From: Adineta vaga
Lineage: Eukaryota > Animalia > Rotifera
Direction: 5' to 3'
NCBI GenBank assembly: GCA_021613535.1
Contig: CP075494.1
Span: forward strand, 9,796,001-9,860,000
DNA: 64,000 bases
In this document: positions 39,416 through 52,368 of the stretch, in pieces
How positions within the stretch are numbered: the stretch's first letter is position 1
Layout of the letters: every line of letters begins with the position of its first letter
The notes under the pieces: generated by a model
Told to the model about the DNA's origin: nothing
The model's input: the letters and a program-made list of their open reading frames with translations, nothing else
Database searches by the model: none
Position numbers and translations under genes: made by a program

Positions 39416-40315
39416 GATATTAATATATATTAAATGATGCTGATGTTCGAACAGAAATCGAATGTATAATGGTATACAAACGTTCTTTCTTTTCCTCTAT
39501 ATATACATGGTGAAATGGATAAACCGTTGGAAAAATCAAACGGACCAATCGGATGAATAGAACTTTGTGTAAAACGAATATGTCATTGTTCATTTTGTAC
39601 AACTGATGACAGAAGAAAGGCACATTTGAAATATATTACGAAGCTACCGGCTACTCTTTTGATGTTCATGAAAGTCTTGTCATCACAAGTATCATATGAC
39701 CATGTATGACTTTATATATCGGCTTCTAGTTATTTTATCAATTGTTTGATTAGATAATATTGAAAATTATATATTATGATTAATGAAATTCTATGAAGAT
39801 AATTTCTTTTCTTCATTTTATGTAGCACTTACTCTCAGTATTTTCACGTGCTGACTGACTAGGCAAAGTTATCATTATTTGTTCAAAGCAGTTATTATGA
39901 ACGTCATGTAGAAGCTTTGTCTTTACAGAGAAAACATGTATTTATTTCACAACTACTGATCGAAATGAATTTAATCTTTCTATGAAAGATAATAGTTTTT
40001 ATTTAAATTTTGTATTGTGCATGATCGACTTTCAATGCATGAAGAAGATTTAAGTAGAATAATTTCAGATAGAAATTTGTACTGAAAAATATAAATTTTA
40101 ATTTTCTTAACATTAATAAATGACGCAAATCTTTAGACCATAGTGTAATCCATCGGACTATACAAGAAATAACGAAGAGAAACAAAGAAATATCGTAGTC
40201 GTATTTATCGACGGAAAAAAAAGAAATTATTTGGTGTACACACAGCGAAGAACGACCTATATATATCCCATACTTTACCTATTATAAACATTCATTTCAT
40301 TCGAAATATACTAAA

Positions 40316-41022
40316 ATGTTCACACAAATGTACCACATCTTATTTGGTATGATCTTCTTGATTTCAATCGCAAACTGCAAATTGAACAGCTTTCAAGATC
40401 CTAGTGATGATGATATTGAACAAGTTGAGGATCAAAGAGGTAAGACTCTACTTTATGTAGATTAGAGATTAAATTAATCTACAAGTATTTCGTATAGGTT
40501 CAACAGCACAATTTGAAGACGAACTGTTACAAGCACATAATCGTTATCGTGCTCGTCATTGTGTATCACCTCTTCGACTTGACAACAGTCTCAATCGATT
40601 AGCTCAAAACTATGCTGAACAGCTCGCTGAGTCGAATGGAAGAAGTCAGAATCGCCCACAAGGCTTAGGACAAAATCTATATATGAAAAGCACTTTTGGT
40701 GCTGCCAACTCTATACGTGGTGAGTAGATCTTTTTCTTTATATATATATATAGATTAAGTTATACTGCTTTAATGTACGAGAATAGGTGTTGATGCTGCA
40801 AGTGAATGGTATCGTGGAAGTCGATCTTACAATTATGGTCGAGGTGGTTTCTCCATGGAAACAGGCTCATTCACTCAAATGGTTTGGAAAAATTCGCGAA
40901 GTCTCGGAGTCGGTCTTGCTTATACTTCTGATGGTCAAACTGCTCATGTTGTAGCTTTCTATTCACCAGCTGGCAATTTCGGAAATGATTATGAAGATAA
41001 TGTTTTTCCAGATCAGTGTTAA
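40316..41022 (+). CDS. Secreted CAP/PR-1/GAPR-1 superfamily protein with a degenerate central cleft
   Basis: Three exons; signal peptide; AHNRYRARH, GQNLY, WY, TGSFTQMVWK, YSPAGN. Confidence 0.88.
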
Positions 41023-41372
41023 TATTAATTTTTCTGTGTTCCATAATTCTTAATAAATTCATGTAGTCTGATGATATTCGTTTTTTCTCTCTTAATAGAC
41101 AGAAATGATATTGAAGCGGTGAATGTTTTCACCCGATGAAACAAAAATTACATTCTACGACTTATTTGTGAATTTGAAAGATTCATATCATTCTTATTAA
41201 AGATAAAACAAAAGAGATTCGTTTTGTAACGGTAAAACTTTTATTTTTTGTTTATATTCGAAAATAATCGTTGATTCTTTTGCTTAACAATAAAAACAAC
41301 AATAACAACAACTATTTTTCAAAGATATCTTTTTATTTTTTGTTTTGAAATTCCAAGAGGAAATGAATTCTT

Positions 41373-43084
41373 CTATTTTGTTGTGCTAACAATTGTCTTC
41401 AGATTATTATTAATCATGACTAAATTTGTTTTCCAAGCTTCTAATTTCTCTTTCAAAGATGTCCAATGTTGTTTTGTAAATGTTCGTTGAACTGTACTAT
41501 CGATGATTACTTTCCGAGCAAGATGATCGATTTTACAACGTATCATTTTCGTTCGAACAGCTAAACATAAATGAGACAGTACAGAAAAAAAAGTTAACTA
41601 ATCATATTCATCATTACCTTCGATAATAAAAGATTCAATTTCATCGGTTGGTATTTGCATTTCTTTTTCAATTGTATCGAATGTAACTTCTTTTTGATTT
41701 TCAGCACTTTGAAGAAATGTTAATACACGCATTTTCGTTACATTTCGATCATGTTTTACACCTGAATTAGAAATAAGATGAAATCGTTGATCAAAATGAA
41801 TTTTACCTTGTGCTTCTATGAAGGCTTTTTGAGAAGCATAGAATTCCAAATAATCTTGTAAACGACCAGAAACAAAAATATTCAATAACTAAAATACAAA
41901 TACAAATCAAATAACATTTTCCTAAGAACTTTTTCGATTTACTTTATGAATTGTTCCACCCTCAAGAACTTTCACCGGTTCAAGTAAAAGTAAATGATCC
42001 ATAACAAAGACATTTGGATCATTTATACTATTGATAATACATCTATCAATGAAAAAATACAAATGATAGATTTTTGTTTCATCAAAATAACATACTTTTC
42101 AGCATCAGTACGAGCTTTTAATGCAGTTTCTTTTGTATATGTACCAAGTAATTCAAGTAACAATTGTAAAGCATTGACACTGAAGAGAAAAGAATTTGAA
42201 AACAAAACTCGATTTGGATATTGAAATAAAACACATACGAATCACCAGTAGTTGCATATGCTTCATGCATGTTTCGATAGAGGTCTTGAACTTGATCGGT
42301 TGAAACTTTCCAATCTTTGATCCATTTTTTGACCTAAGATTAAAATAATTTAGTAGAGTTAATTAAGAAAATTCCGAGTCTTGATAATACCTGATTAATT
42401 CCAATGGAAACAGCATTGATACATCGATGATTTCGAGCACATTTGATTAAATCAGATAGAATCTGATATTTTTCTCCAGTACTACGTTCTGGAGCTACAT
42501 AGATCAAATTTGTTAATCTATTCAAAAATATAAAACATTGAAACTTTCATATTTTGTCCTAAACAAACTTTTAACTTACACTCGAAGTTGCATTGGTCCA
42601 TATTTTTCTGGTAGATTAGCATTGGCAATTGCTTCTGAGAATTTCACGATGGGTCCATTGATTTTATCTTCCGGTACAAGTAAAATTAAACTCATCACCG
42701 AATTAAGAAACATTTCCATTTCTAATCAATCATTTATGTTTTTGTTTATGTTTCATTGAACTAATCTCTTACCTCCTTCTGGTATAGATTCTTTAAGAAC
42801 GTTTTTTAATTCGTCAATAATAAATTTAACTTTAGTTTCCAATTCACCTGCTTCACCATCCAAATTCCCTTGACTACCATGATCATGTAAGAATTTTTCG
42901 ATATCTTTCAACTAGAAAATATCAGAACAATAGATAAAAACATGGATCTTTCATATCGAAACATACTTGTGCTTCAGGTTCAATATCCGAGAAAACAGCA
43001 GCGACACACGTAGCTAGAATTAAATAAAAATGAATATGAATTGATTCTGATTATATAAAACTTACTTGGAATGTCTACTTTCAT
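41373..43084 (-). CDS. EIF3M: Eukaryotic translation initiation factor 3 subunit M
   Basis: LLELLGTYTKETALKARTDA, DHLLLLEPVKVLEG, KMRVLTF, PCI domain, RTFTKQHW. Confidence 0.9.
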
Positions 43085-43216
43085 TGTTGTTGACGATGTT
43101 TATTATCTAAAAATACGAATATTTATTAAAATTAATAAATATTGAATGCATATACGAAGTATACACATGTATATTATCTGTTGTCAAAATAATTCAAGAT
43201 AAAAAAAAGAAAAGAA

Positions 43217-45704
43217 CTATTCGAAATTCACGGAAAATTGATTTATTAGTTGCTCTTCAGCATGTTTGACTTGTTGAAGAAATAATTTGGACATTTCATA
43301 CTGTCGAGATAATGAAAAACCATCGGTTAACGTTAATACAGCATCAATACGTGCTTGATCGAAATTATAATCGGAGAGTAATCGATTACGTATGTCATCT
43401 ATTGACCAGAATTGTTCAAAAACGTCGATACCTGGATTTGTAGGTGAACTAGAATGATAGAAATTCTTATAGAATAGGCTATTTTCTTTACAATGATGAG
43501 CTTTAATTTATAAGAAGTATCTCGTGTACAAGTTAGCAAAGATTCCGAATCCATCGGACGATAAGTATAAATTCGCTCTGAATTGAAATCTGAAAATTAT
43601 CTTCTCTTATAAGTTAAATTGAAGTTCTCATACTGTATCAATGTGTTTTCAGTAGTCATGTGATTGCTAAAACCATTATGTGAATCATTCGATACAGTTG
43701 AAAGTTGATCTAAAACATTCTATGGATATATATTCAACATTTCCTTTTATATTCTTACTAAGACTTTCGTTTGATGACATCGATAACAATGGATTTTGAT
43801 TTGTTACAAAAGATCGTGTTGGAAGAAGTAAACTTTCATTTGTATGTAATGGTGGAAGGAATAGATTGGTTTGAAAATATTGTGGAACAATTGAATTCAT
43901 TTGTATATTTACAGGTCGAGGTGGAATTGGAGGAGGAAGAGTTAACGAAGAGGAAGATATATCATCTGAGAAAATATTCACATGATCAATATTTTCATTA
44001 TTTATTGGACGTGAAATTGTGAGCTTTTGTAAATCATGAACATCAGGAGCAGCATCTAATTTCTGTTAGAGAAGTAAACATCGTTTAAGTGAACATATTT
44101 GCTTTAGAAATGAATATCTATTTACATTATCGAATTCCTGTGGACTTGATTCCCTTTTGTTTTGCTTCATTGCACGATCAAATGAATTGACAATAACCGG
44201 TTCAAAACCTTTGATTTCAGCACGACAAAATGGACATAATGCTGATGTTTTGGCTTGATTTTGCTTCTAAAATTCAACGATTTCATTTTTGGAAAATAGA
44301 AATGTTTAAAAGAGGCAAGTACCTGCCAAGCTGTTAAACAAACTTGACAAATTAAATGGCCACATGGTTGAATTTTACTATTTTTATCATTAACCGAACA
44401 TATTTTGCATAATTCAAAACTTGTACCCATATCACTATACAACTCATATTGTTCTTCGGAAACATGAATACGATCAGATTCTGTTGTTTTCAAAGTAGAA
44501 GATAAATCAATTTGAATATTTTTTCCATTTGGATATTTATAACTAAGCAAAACATGATGTGTTTTCTTTTGAATGGATAGAATCAAGATGAAATGATAAA
44601 ACTTACTGTCCGGCTCGTTCTCCATCGATTAAGGATTGAATTAAAGATTTTGTTTGTGGAATTGTTTGAAGAATTTGTTTTTCTGTCGTCACGTACCCAA
44701 TTGCCCATTGACCAAGACGTGTACAACTCAATCGAAATACATAACTACCTGGTTTATCGATATGATTTGTTAAGATTGCTTTCACATCATCATAGATCAT
44801 AAACGCCATAAACCCAGGATGAGTTACAGCAAGTAATTTCCAATTAGTTAACAATGATGACCATGGATGAAATAATCTAAAGATTTTTTCACATCAAATT
44901 TTATAGTGTACGTTTAGAATTTGTTCGAATAGATTCTTACCGTGTGAAGACATCGAATTCAAAGATTGATACATGATTATTATTAGTTAGGTCAATCGTT
45001 TTTTGTAAAGCTATCGATTCATTACATGATTTTATTGAATAAATATGATTTAATTTGTCTTGAAATTCATTCCATGGTACAATAGTTCTGAACAAAGAAG
45101 ATCTTAATTTCAAAGTTCATTTCGTTTCTCATTTTTACCTTTCATTGAAATTCTTTTTCCAAAAATCACTTGCTTCTTGTTTTGTCAATCGAAATTGTTC
45201 GCCTTGAAAATTTCCATTCAAAAATAAAGATTTCAATTCAGTTAAATTATGTGAAAAATACAATGAAAATTTTTTGAATTCTTTTCGATAATTTGATTGT
45301 TCATTATACATCTGATGACCGGCATGTTTAAAACATTCAATTGTTTTCGTACATAATTCCATAAGATTATCAAGAAATATACGAAAATAATTAATAGCAT
45401 TTAATATATCAAGTCGATCTTCATAATTTGTGAGAATCTCACATAAGATTTTATGAAGATCTGGTAGAATATCTAGCATGTATGGCGGCGAATTTTTCAG
45501 ACACATCTTTGGTATTTGACAATATTTGATAATACGATCCATTTGTTTCGAAACTTTCTCAATTAATCGCTTATCGATACGAACATATGGACGATTTTGA
45601 TGCGAGATATTCAGATTCGATGTCATCAATGTTGCATCATTAGTTGTATCTTGTTTCGAACCAAGAATTCGTCGTCGAAAATTAATTCCTGTTGATTGTG
45701 CCAT
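43217..45704 (-). CDS. CBL: E3 ubiquitin ligase CBL (TKB, RING, Pro-rich, UBA-like)
   Basis: [55 protein letters not shown]...[15 protein letters not shown]. Confidence 0.93.
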
Positions 45705-45853
45705 GGTGTACTATTTCATCTAGAAAGATTTTGATATATTAAATTGTATAAACAAAAATGTCGATATTTTCTTTGACTATAAGAAATACGTTTTTCTCAG
45801 AGATTTTTTTGTTCGAATTTAACATCACAATTAAAAGACAATAGAAAATTGAA

Positions 45854-47201
45854 TTAGACACGATACATATCGATAGGATTCGAAAATTGACTGGATTTCT
45901 TCGAATCACATGGACATAACCAACAGAATATTGGACCTAAATAAAACTTAACTCCAGATTTCAATTCTTCAACTAGTTTCTTTCCTACCTGGACCGAAAA
46001 CTTTGCCGAAGAGAACACGTTTCGGTGGTAAAATTTGTGGTGCATTTCGTGCATTTTCATCGAGTTTTAACGTATCAATCAAACTTCGATCAATGGCAAT
46101 CGATTGTACTTGATCGATGAATACAGTTAGAACAAATATACCAAATAAACAGGCTTCAACACAAATTACGACGGAATGAATTCTAAACAATAAGAAAACG
46201 ATCTGATTAATGAAGAAAAAAAAAGAGATAGAATAAACATACATTTGAGATTCAGTTTTTTGTGGAAAAACAATTAATGCCCAGATAGTAAATATGATTG
46301 CATAGATACTTGTTGCTCCTAAATAAATAGAAAGAAGAAGATAGTGAAGAATTATTCGTCACTCAATGTTTACCAATGTAAAAAAGAAAGAGTATAAAAT
46401 ATTTTTGATTGAATTCACCAACACAATTGTTTACCCCTACAATGAAAGAAGTTGAATCAGGGAAATTTGATATCAAATTTCATTTACATGGACAATGATG
46501 ATCTAATCTAAAAATGAAAAAAACAATATTTTTTTAAAATCCTGAATCTATTCATGCAGCAGAATCTGCAGCAATACTAACCTTCGAACACATCTTTTAC
46601 AAATTCTGAATAGTAAAAGAAAAACACAATCAATCATTAGTATCAAATGCATCTCTTCATATGAAAACTTACCGGCAATGATGTGCACGCGGTGGTCGAT
46701 TTATCTCACATCGATTACAAACTAATTAAAAGAAAACATAAGTATCATTAATCAGATAGAAAGAGTTTTTTATTTCTTACCTGTCCATCCTTCCTCCTCT
46801 GACTACATACAAATAAACAATGATCATTAACAAAAAGACATTTCATCATCAATTATCGTTTACCTTCAAAAGGCTACTTGAATTATCAGTTATTTTCCCA
46901 TCCGATGAGTCAGTAATTCTTTTTGTCAATGATACAAAACCCGGATCGAAATAAGCTGCACGAGCATGTGAAAGAAATGCAAAGAAAGCAAGGGTACAAA
47001 TAATTAAACCATTTAATGTACCATAAAAACTACAAATACATTTTATTTAACTGAATTAAACGAAAAAAACACAATTGAAATTTACCTTTCATTAAATAAT
47101 GGAATAATCATAACAAAAAGTATCACGTATAGACAATGCAAAAGCATTGTATAAGTCAAAGCGATACATATAATTCCACATGGATCCTTTCGTAATAACA
47201 T
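45854..47201 (-). CDS. DHHC palmitoyltransferase (ZDHHC3/7-like)
   Basis: MLLRKDPCGIIC; DPGFV; RPPRAHHC|RICKRCVR|RLDHHCP|WVNNCVGEFNQKYF. Confidence 0.9.
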
Positions 47202-47378
47202 TTTCTATTACAGAATAATTCAAATCAGTATGAAGGAATATAAATATACGAGACAACAAGTCTATAATATTCTATTGGTTGACAAAATTCGTCCAATAGG
47301 AATTGAAATATCAACCATACTTGGAATGTCCACTAGCGCAATCTGATTATTTATGTATATATGAAACCAAAATAGAAT

Positions 47379-48560
47379 ATGAATTCCGATGCTATAATTG
47401 ACTTTTTCAGTGGTATCGTAGGTAAAAAATTCATAAGATTATTCTTATTTTTCTATTATGTATATGATTTGTAGGTGCAACAGTCTCGGTTTATGTTGGC
47501 CAACCATTAGATACAATTAAAACGAAATTACAAACATTTCCTAATCGTTATAGAAACTTGTTCGATTGTGGAAAACAGATTCTTCGACAAGATGGTGTAC
47601 GAGGATTGTATGCTGGAACTTTACCATCATTATTAGCTAATACTGCAGGTTTTTATCTTTCAATCGAATATTCTCTTTTGATTTGATACATGAAATAATA
47701 AAAATATTTAGAAAATGGAATTTTATTTATGGCATACGGACAATGTCAGAATCTCATTGCTTTTACTCGAAATAGAACAGATAATGATCAATTGACAACA
47801 GTAGATAATATGGCAGCTGGAAGTTTAGCAGCAGTATTTTCCTCGTTAGTATTATGTCCCACGGAATTGGTTAAATGTCGAACACAAACAATGAGAGAAA
47901 TGGAAATGATCAATCCATCAAATATGAAAAGTCAGATTTCGACGAGAATGTAAGATGAATAAAAATAGAATTCGAGATAAATATACAAAACGATTTTTGT
48001 TCTTTAATTTCTAGTTCACCATTACATATAACACGTAATATAATTCGAAAAGAAGGTTTATCCGGTTTATTTCGTGGATTGACAACTACATTGGTAAGAG
48101 AATGTCCAGGTTATGGCTGTTTTTTTGGTAGTTATGAATTAACAAGATCACTTTTGGTCAATGAAAATCAAAAGAAAGGAGAGATTGGTAATAGCATATT
48201 GTTCTATTTTCTTTCGATAAACTTGAATATTTTACATGAAGGATTTGCAAAAACGTGGATAGCCGGTGGAATGGCAGGCATTTGTTTTTGGTTAATTATG
48301 TTTCCTGTTGATGCCATTAAATCACGTATTCAAGTTTTCAAACCCAAACTTAATTTTTCGAAATATACGATGGAAATTATAAAAAACGAAGGTATAATTA
48401 TCTTGTTTTCCGAATATTTATCAAATTTTGATTTTATTTTCAAGGTTTTTTAACGCTCTATGCTGGTTTACTACCAACTTTAATCCGCACTTTCTTCGCT
48501 ACCGGTACCTTGTTCATTACTTATGAACAAGTTCGCTCTCTTCTTCATCATGCAGTTTAA
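47379..48560 (+). CDS. SLC25A15: Mitochondrial ornithine carrier (SLC25A15/ORNT1-like)
   Basis: VYVGQPLDTIKTKLQTF, ANTAENGILFMAYGQCQ, CPTELVKCR, RECPGYGCFFGSYE, FPVDAIKSRIQV. Confidence 0.88.
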
Positions 48561-48707
48561 TTCATCACTAATCCTTTAAATCTTTGGTGTCAGTTAGATT
48601 CTTTATTTTGTCATTCAAAATTTACAATAAATCAAAGAATAATTTTTCTTTCCGCTCTATATTTTAGATTGTATTTAATATTAAAGAAAAAACAATGATT
48701 AGTGCCT

Positions 48708-51700
48708 ATGGATGAATCTATTCAATATCCAATCTCTTCTCATTTCGTACGTGGTGGAACATCGATACTTGCTGTAAATAGTCTAGATAATCGATTAATT
48801 GCAGCTGGTCAACAGAGTAAGTATCGAATATTGAATGTTCTTGGATAAATTTTCTCAATTTAGATTTTCAATTATTTTCCATCAAACAAATTGATCATAC
48901 TGTACAATTTATTGAACTGTATGATTTTCGTATTGCACCGAAACAGTCAAAAGTACCATGGTGTACATTACAACCCAAGGATGTCAGTTGGAATCGACAT
49001 GAAGGTAAAACAAATTTGATATTATGAAAATTCATCACAATATTCTTTTCTAGAAAATTCTTTTGCTACGACAAGTAGTACAAATGGTTATGTATATATT
49101 TGGGATGTTACACGATTAGATACTGTTAATCAATTGGATACGCATAGTACAATCATCAATCGAATTCAATTTCATCCGAAAAGTAAACTATAATGACGAA
49201 TTTATTCGAATTCATCGATTTCTTTCAATTAGATCCGAATATATTGTTGACTGCATCTCAAGATGGATATGCAAAGGTAATTATTTATAGGAGAACATTT
49301 GATTGAAAAGAGAATTAAATTGTATACTTTTTGTCTTCTTTGTAGTTAATTGATTTGCGACTCAGTACTCCTGATAAAGTTGCATCATCATTTCGACATT
49401 CAAGTAAAGAAGCATTTCGTGATATTGATATCAATCCATCAAATGACGAAAAATTTGCTGCTGTTATTAAGGATCAATTTTCTGTACCTGTAAGTAAATT
49501 GATTTGACATGCAAACTTATCCTTTTGATACTGTATGGTTTTTTTTAGATATGGGATATTCGACAGCCTGCTCAACCAGATTTTTCTGTATTTACACGAG
49601 ATAGAGTCTCATATGTTTTATGGAATCCTCACGAACGTTCTTGGCTAGCTACTGGTGGAATTGGTAATCATGATCGAACGATACGTGTAAGTTAATATAA
49701 AATCTCCTTCGAAATCGTCTTATTTTTCTCTTGAAATAAATAGATATGGGATGCTAAAGGCAATGACAGTCGTCAAGAACCTTTATATACAGTGTATACA
49801 TTTCGTCAAGTAACAAAATTTAGTTGGCGTCCAACATGTCGATATCATATTGCATCTTTAACACGTAACGGTGATCAACGTATTCATGTTTGGGATATTC
49901 GACGTGCTTATTTACCTCAAGCATCATTTTGTCATCATCGAAGTATAAGAAAAAATTCATTTTCATTGATAACAAAACAAATAAGAAACTTTTCTTTTCT
50001 TTCCTAGGCGATATTGGAGATTTTCTTTGGCGACCGAATTCGGATAATTTGATCTCTGTTGATCGTGGTGAGTGTTTAACTCATGCTCATTACTCGAATG
50101 CAGTTAAAAGTGATCAACTTGTTTCATTATATTCTTTGAATGTAACATCTAACGGCTCTTTATATGTATGTCAACCCAATATCGATAATGATTATGTACG
50201 TGCATTATACAAAAAAGAAAATATTCGATTATCTGATACAAGTTTTCAAAAACTCTATTCACAAAAAACGATATCAACATTTAATGAATGGAATAAAGTT
50301 ATCGAAGGTAGAAGTATTCTAGGAATTCTTAAGGATTCTTCGCAAGATAATTCAGTTCAATTATTTCATCAATTTGCTCGACGGTGGACTTTTGGTAATG
50401 GCGATAAATCACTTCAAGCATTGGAACATATCTGTGATATGAATAGTAAAATTGCTCAAGATTTAAATCGACCGGATCTAAAAGCTACATGGCAAATGAT
50501 TAAAATGTTATATCCTGATCATGATACTTTAAAAAAACGTCGTATTCGATCATCCAAAACATCAAGATCATTAACGAGAGGTTTTCGTAATAGTGATTCA
50601 GTAGGTGGTGGAAGTCGCCATCATCCTCAGCATCAAACAATAAAGACATTAAATGATATTGATGAACAACTATTACTACAAGAATATCAATTAAATAATG
50701 AATTCAAAGATGAAAGAACAATCAAATCGAAAGAACAAAGAACTTTGTCTGATTCGAAATTAAGTATGGAAATTTGTTTTCTATTAGGTTTACCTATTAA
50801 ACAAACGTATCATTCTAATTTTAGCAATGGTAGACGATTTGGATACGTATATCGTTCGAGATGTACTCACAGATGATATTATCTTTATTACACCTGCAGA
50901 TCTACTCGCGAATGATATTGGATTCGATGCATTACAGGATGAGAATGTATACTTTAAACAAAATGTTTTTCTTTTTATAAAATAATTTTTGATAGTGTGA
51001 TATTGAAACGATGCGAACTGGTTTACCTTTGCCGATAAAATCAACCGGAACACCACTTACTGATAATGATTGTAGTTATTTTTCAATAGATCAAGTCATA
51101 CGAAAATCTCCTGAAGTAATAATGAGTGATGATAGTGATGGTGATTTGAAAAGTGATGAAGAATTCGAAGAGTAAGTATACAGGATCTAGAAGAATCAGG
51201 AGATCTCATTGAAATGATGAGAAGAAAATAACGAGAGTTTTCTTTAGTATCGACAGTATCATGGAAACATCGATACATTCAATTATTCCTAATGGTTCAG
51301 ATAATTTTTTCACTATCGGTGAAAGTTATTGTCCTACAATCCAAAAACATGTATTAAATTTCGATGAAATTGTACGACAAACACTCTGGTATTATATAGA
51401 AAATGTAAAGTTATTTGTCGTATCTTCGAAAAACAAAATGAAGATGTCTGGTTTTCTTTTGTATTATTTAGAATGAACTTCAAATGGCTGTTCATCTTCT
51501 TCTTGCCTTATATCCTCAATTGAGTGAACAGAAACGAGTTGAACTATTCAATGGAGCACATATACAATGGATCGTAATGTATATTGGTATGTATCCTGAT
51601 TGTTATCGATAAAAATCGATTGATTTATTCATTTAGAATTATTACAAAAGATGCGTTTATTTGTAAAAGCAAAACAAGTTATAAAACATTGCATAGAAAA

Positions 51701-52124
51701 TGAAAATATTCGATTACATTATAATCCTACTGAATTTGAGGATACACTTATTCTACGTACGCCAACTCCATCATTACCACGTTTGCTTTCAGCTGCTTCT
51801 CCTTCTACATCTTTTTCTACTAAAACTGCTCAACCTGTAACACGAGAATTTATTTGTTCTATTTGGTAAGTGCTATGATATTGATAAACAAATTTCATTA
51901 ATATCATTCTTCTCTTTAGTCGAATTCCATGTCGTAGTTTATTTTCATTTTGTGGTATTTGTTTTCATGGTGGTCATATTGAACATATTGAAGCATGGTT
52001 TGAAAAACATGAGGAATGTTCACATGGTTGCGGTCATCGATGTCGAGATTATCAGAGTAAAAATCATCCGACACGCATAGCACAACGTTCGATTTCTAAA
52101 CCATCGCTTAATGTTCAAAAATAA
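48708..52124 (+). CDS. WDR24: GATOR2 subunit WDR24-like
   Basis: N-terminal WD40s (LLTASQDG, WRPTCRYHIAS, IHVWDIRRAYLP); C-terminal CSIC...CGICFHGGHIEHIEAWF...CSHGCGHRC. Confidence 0.85.
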
Positions 52125-52368
52125 GATTTTATTTTTGAATCTCACATGTATACATATACATATATATAGTAGTAATCTATTTTCATTGTTTTGGATATAT
52201 AGTAATTAATTGTTTTAGGAGAAAGTGTTAGTAAATATTTAATTTTGTAATATTCAAGAAAATTATTATTGTTTTTTTTTCTTCTTTTTATCATATATAA
52301 ATCTAGAGATATCCAGTGGATAGAATATTTTCTTATCGAAGAAAAAAAAGGAAACAAACTAATATTTA

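Noticed and set aside
32637-47201. Functional pairing of CHIC (Erf4 family) with the ZDHHC gene
   Set aside because: They are more than 12 kb apart with unrelated genes between, and ZDHHC3/7-type enzymes are not known to need an Erf4-type subunit
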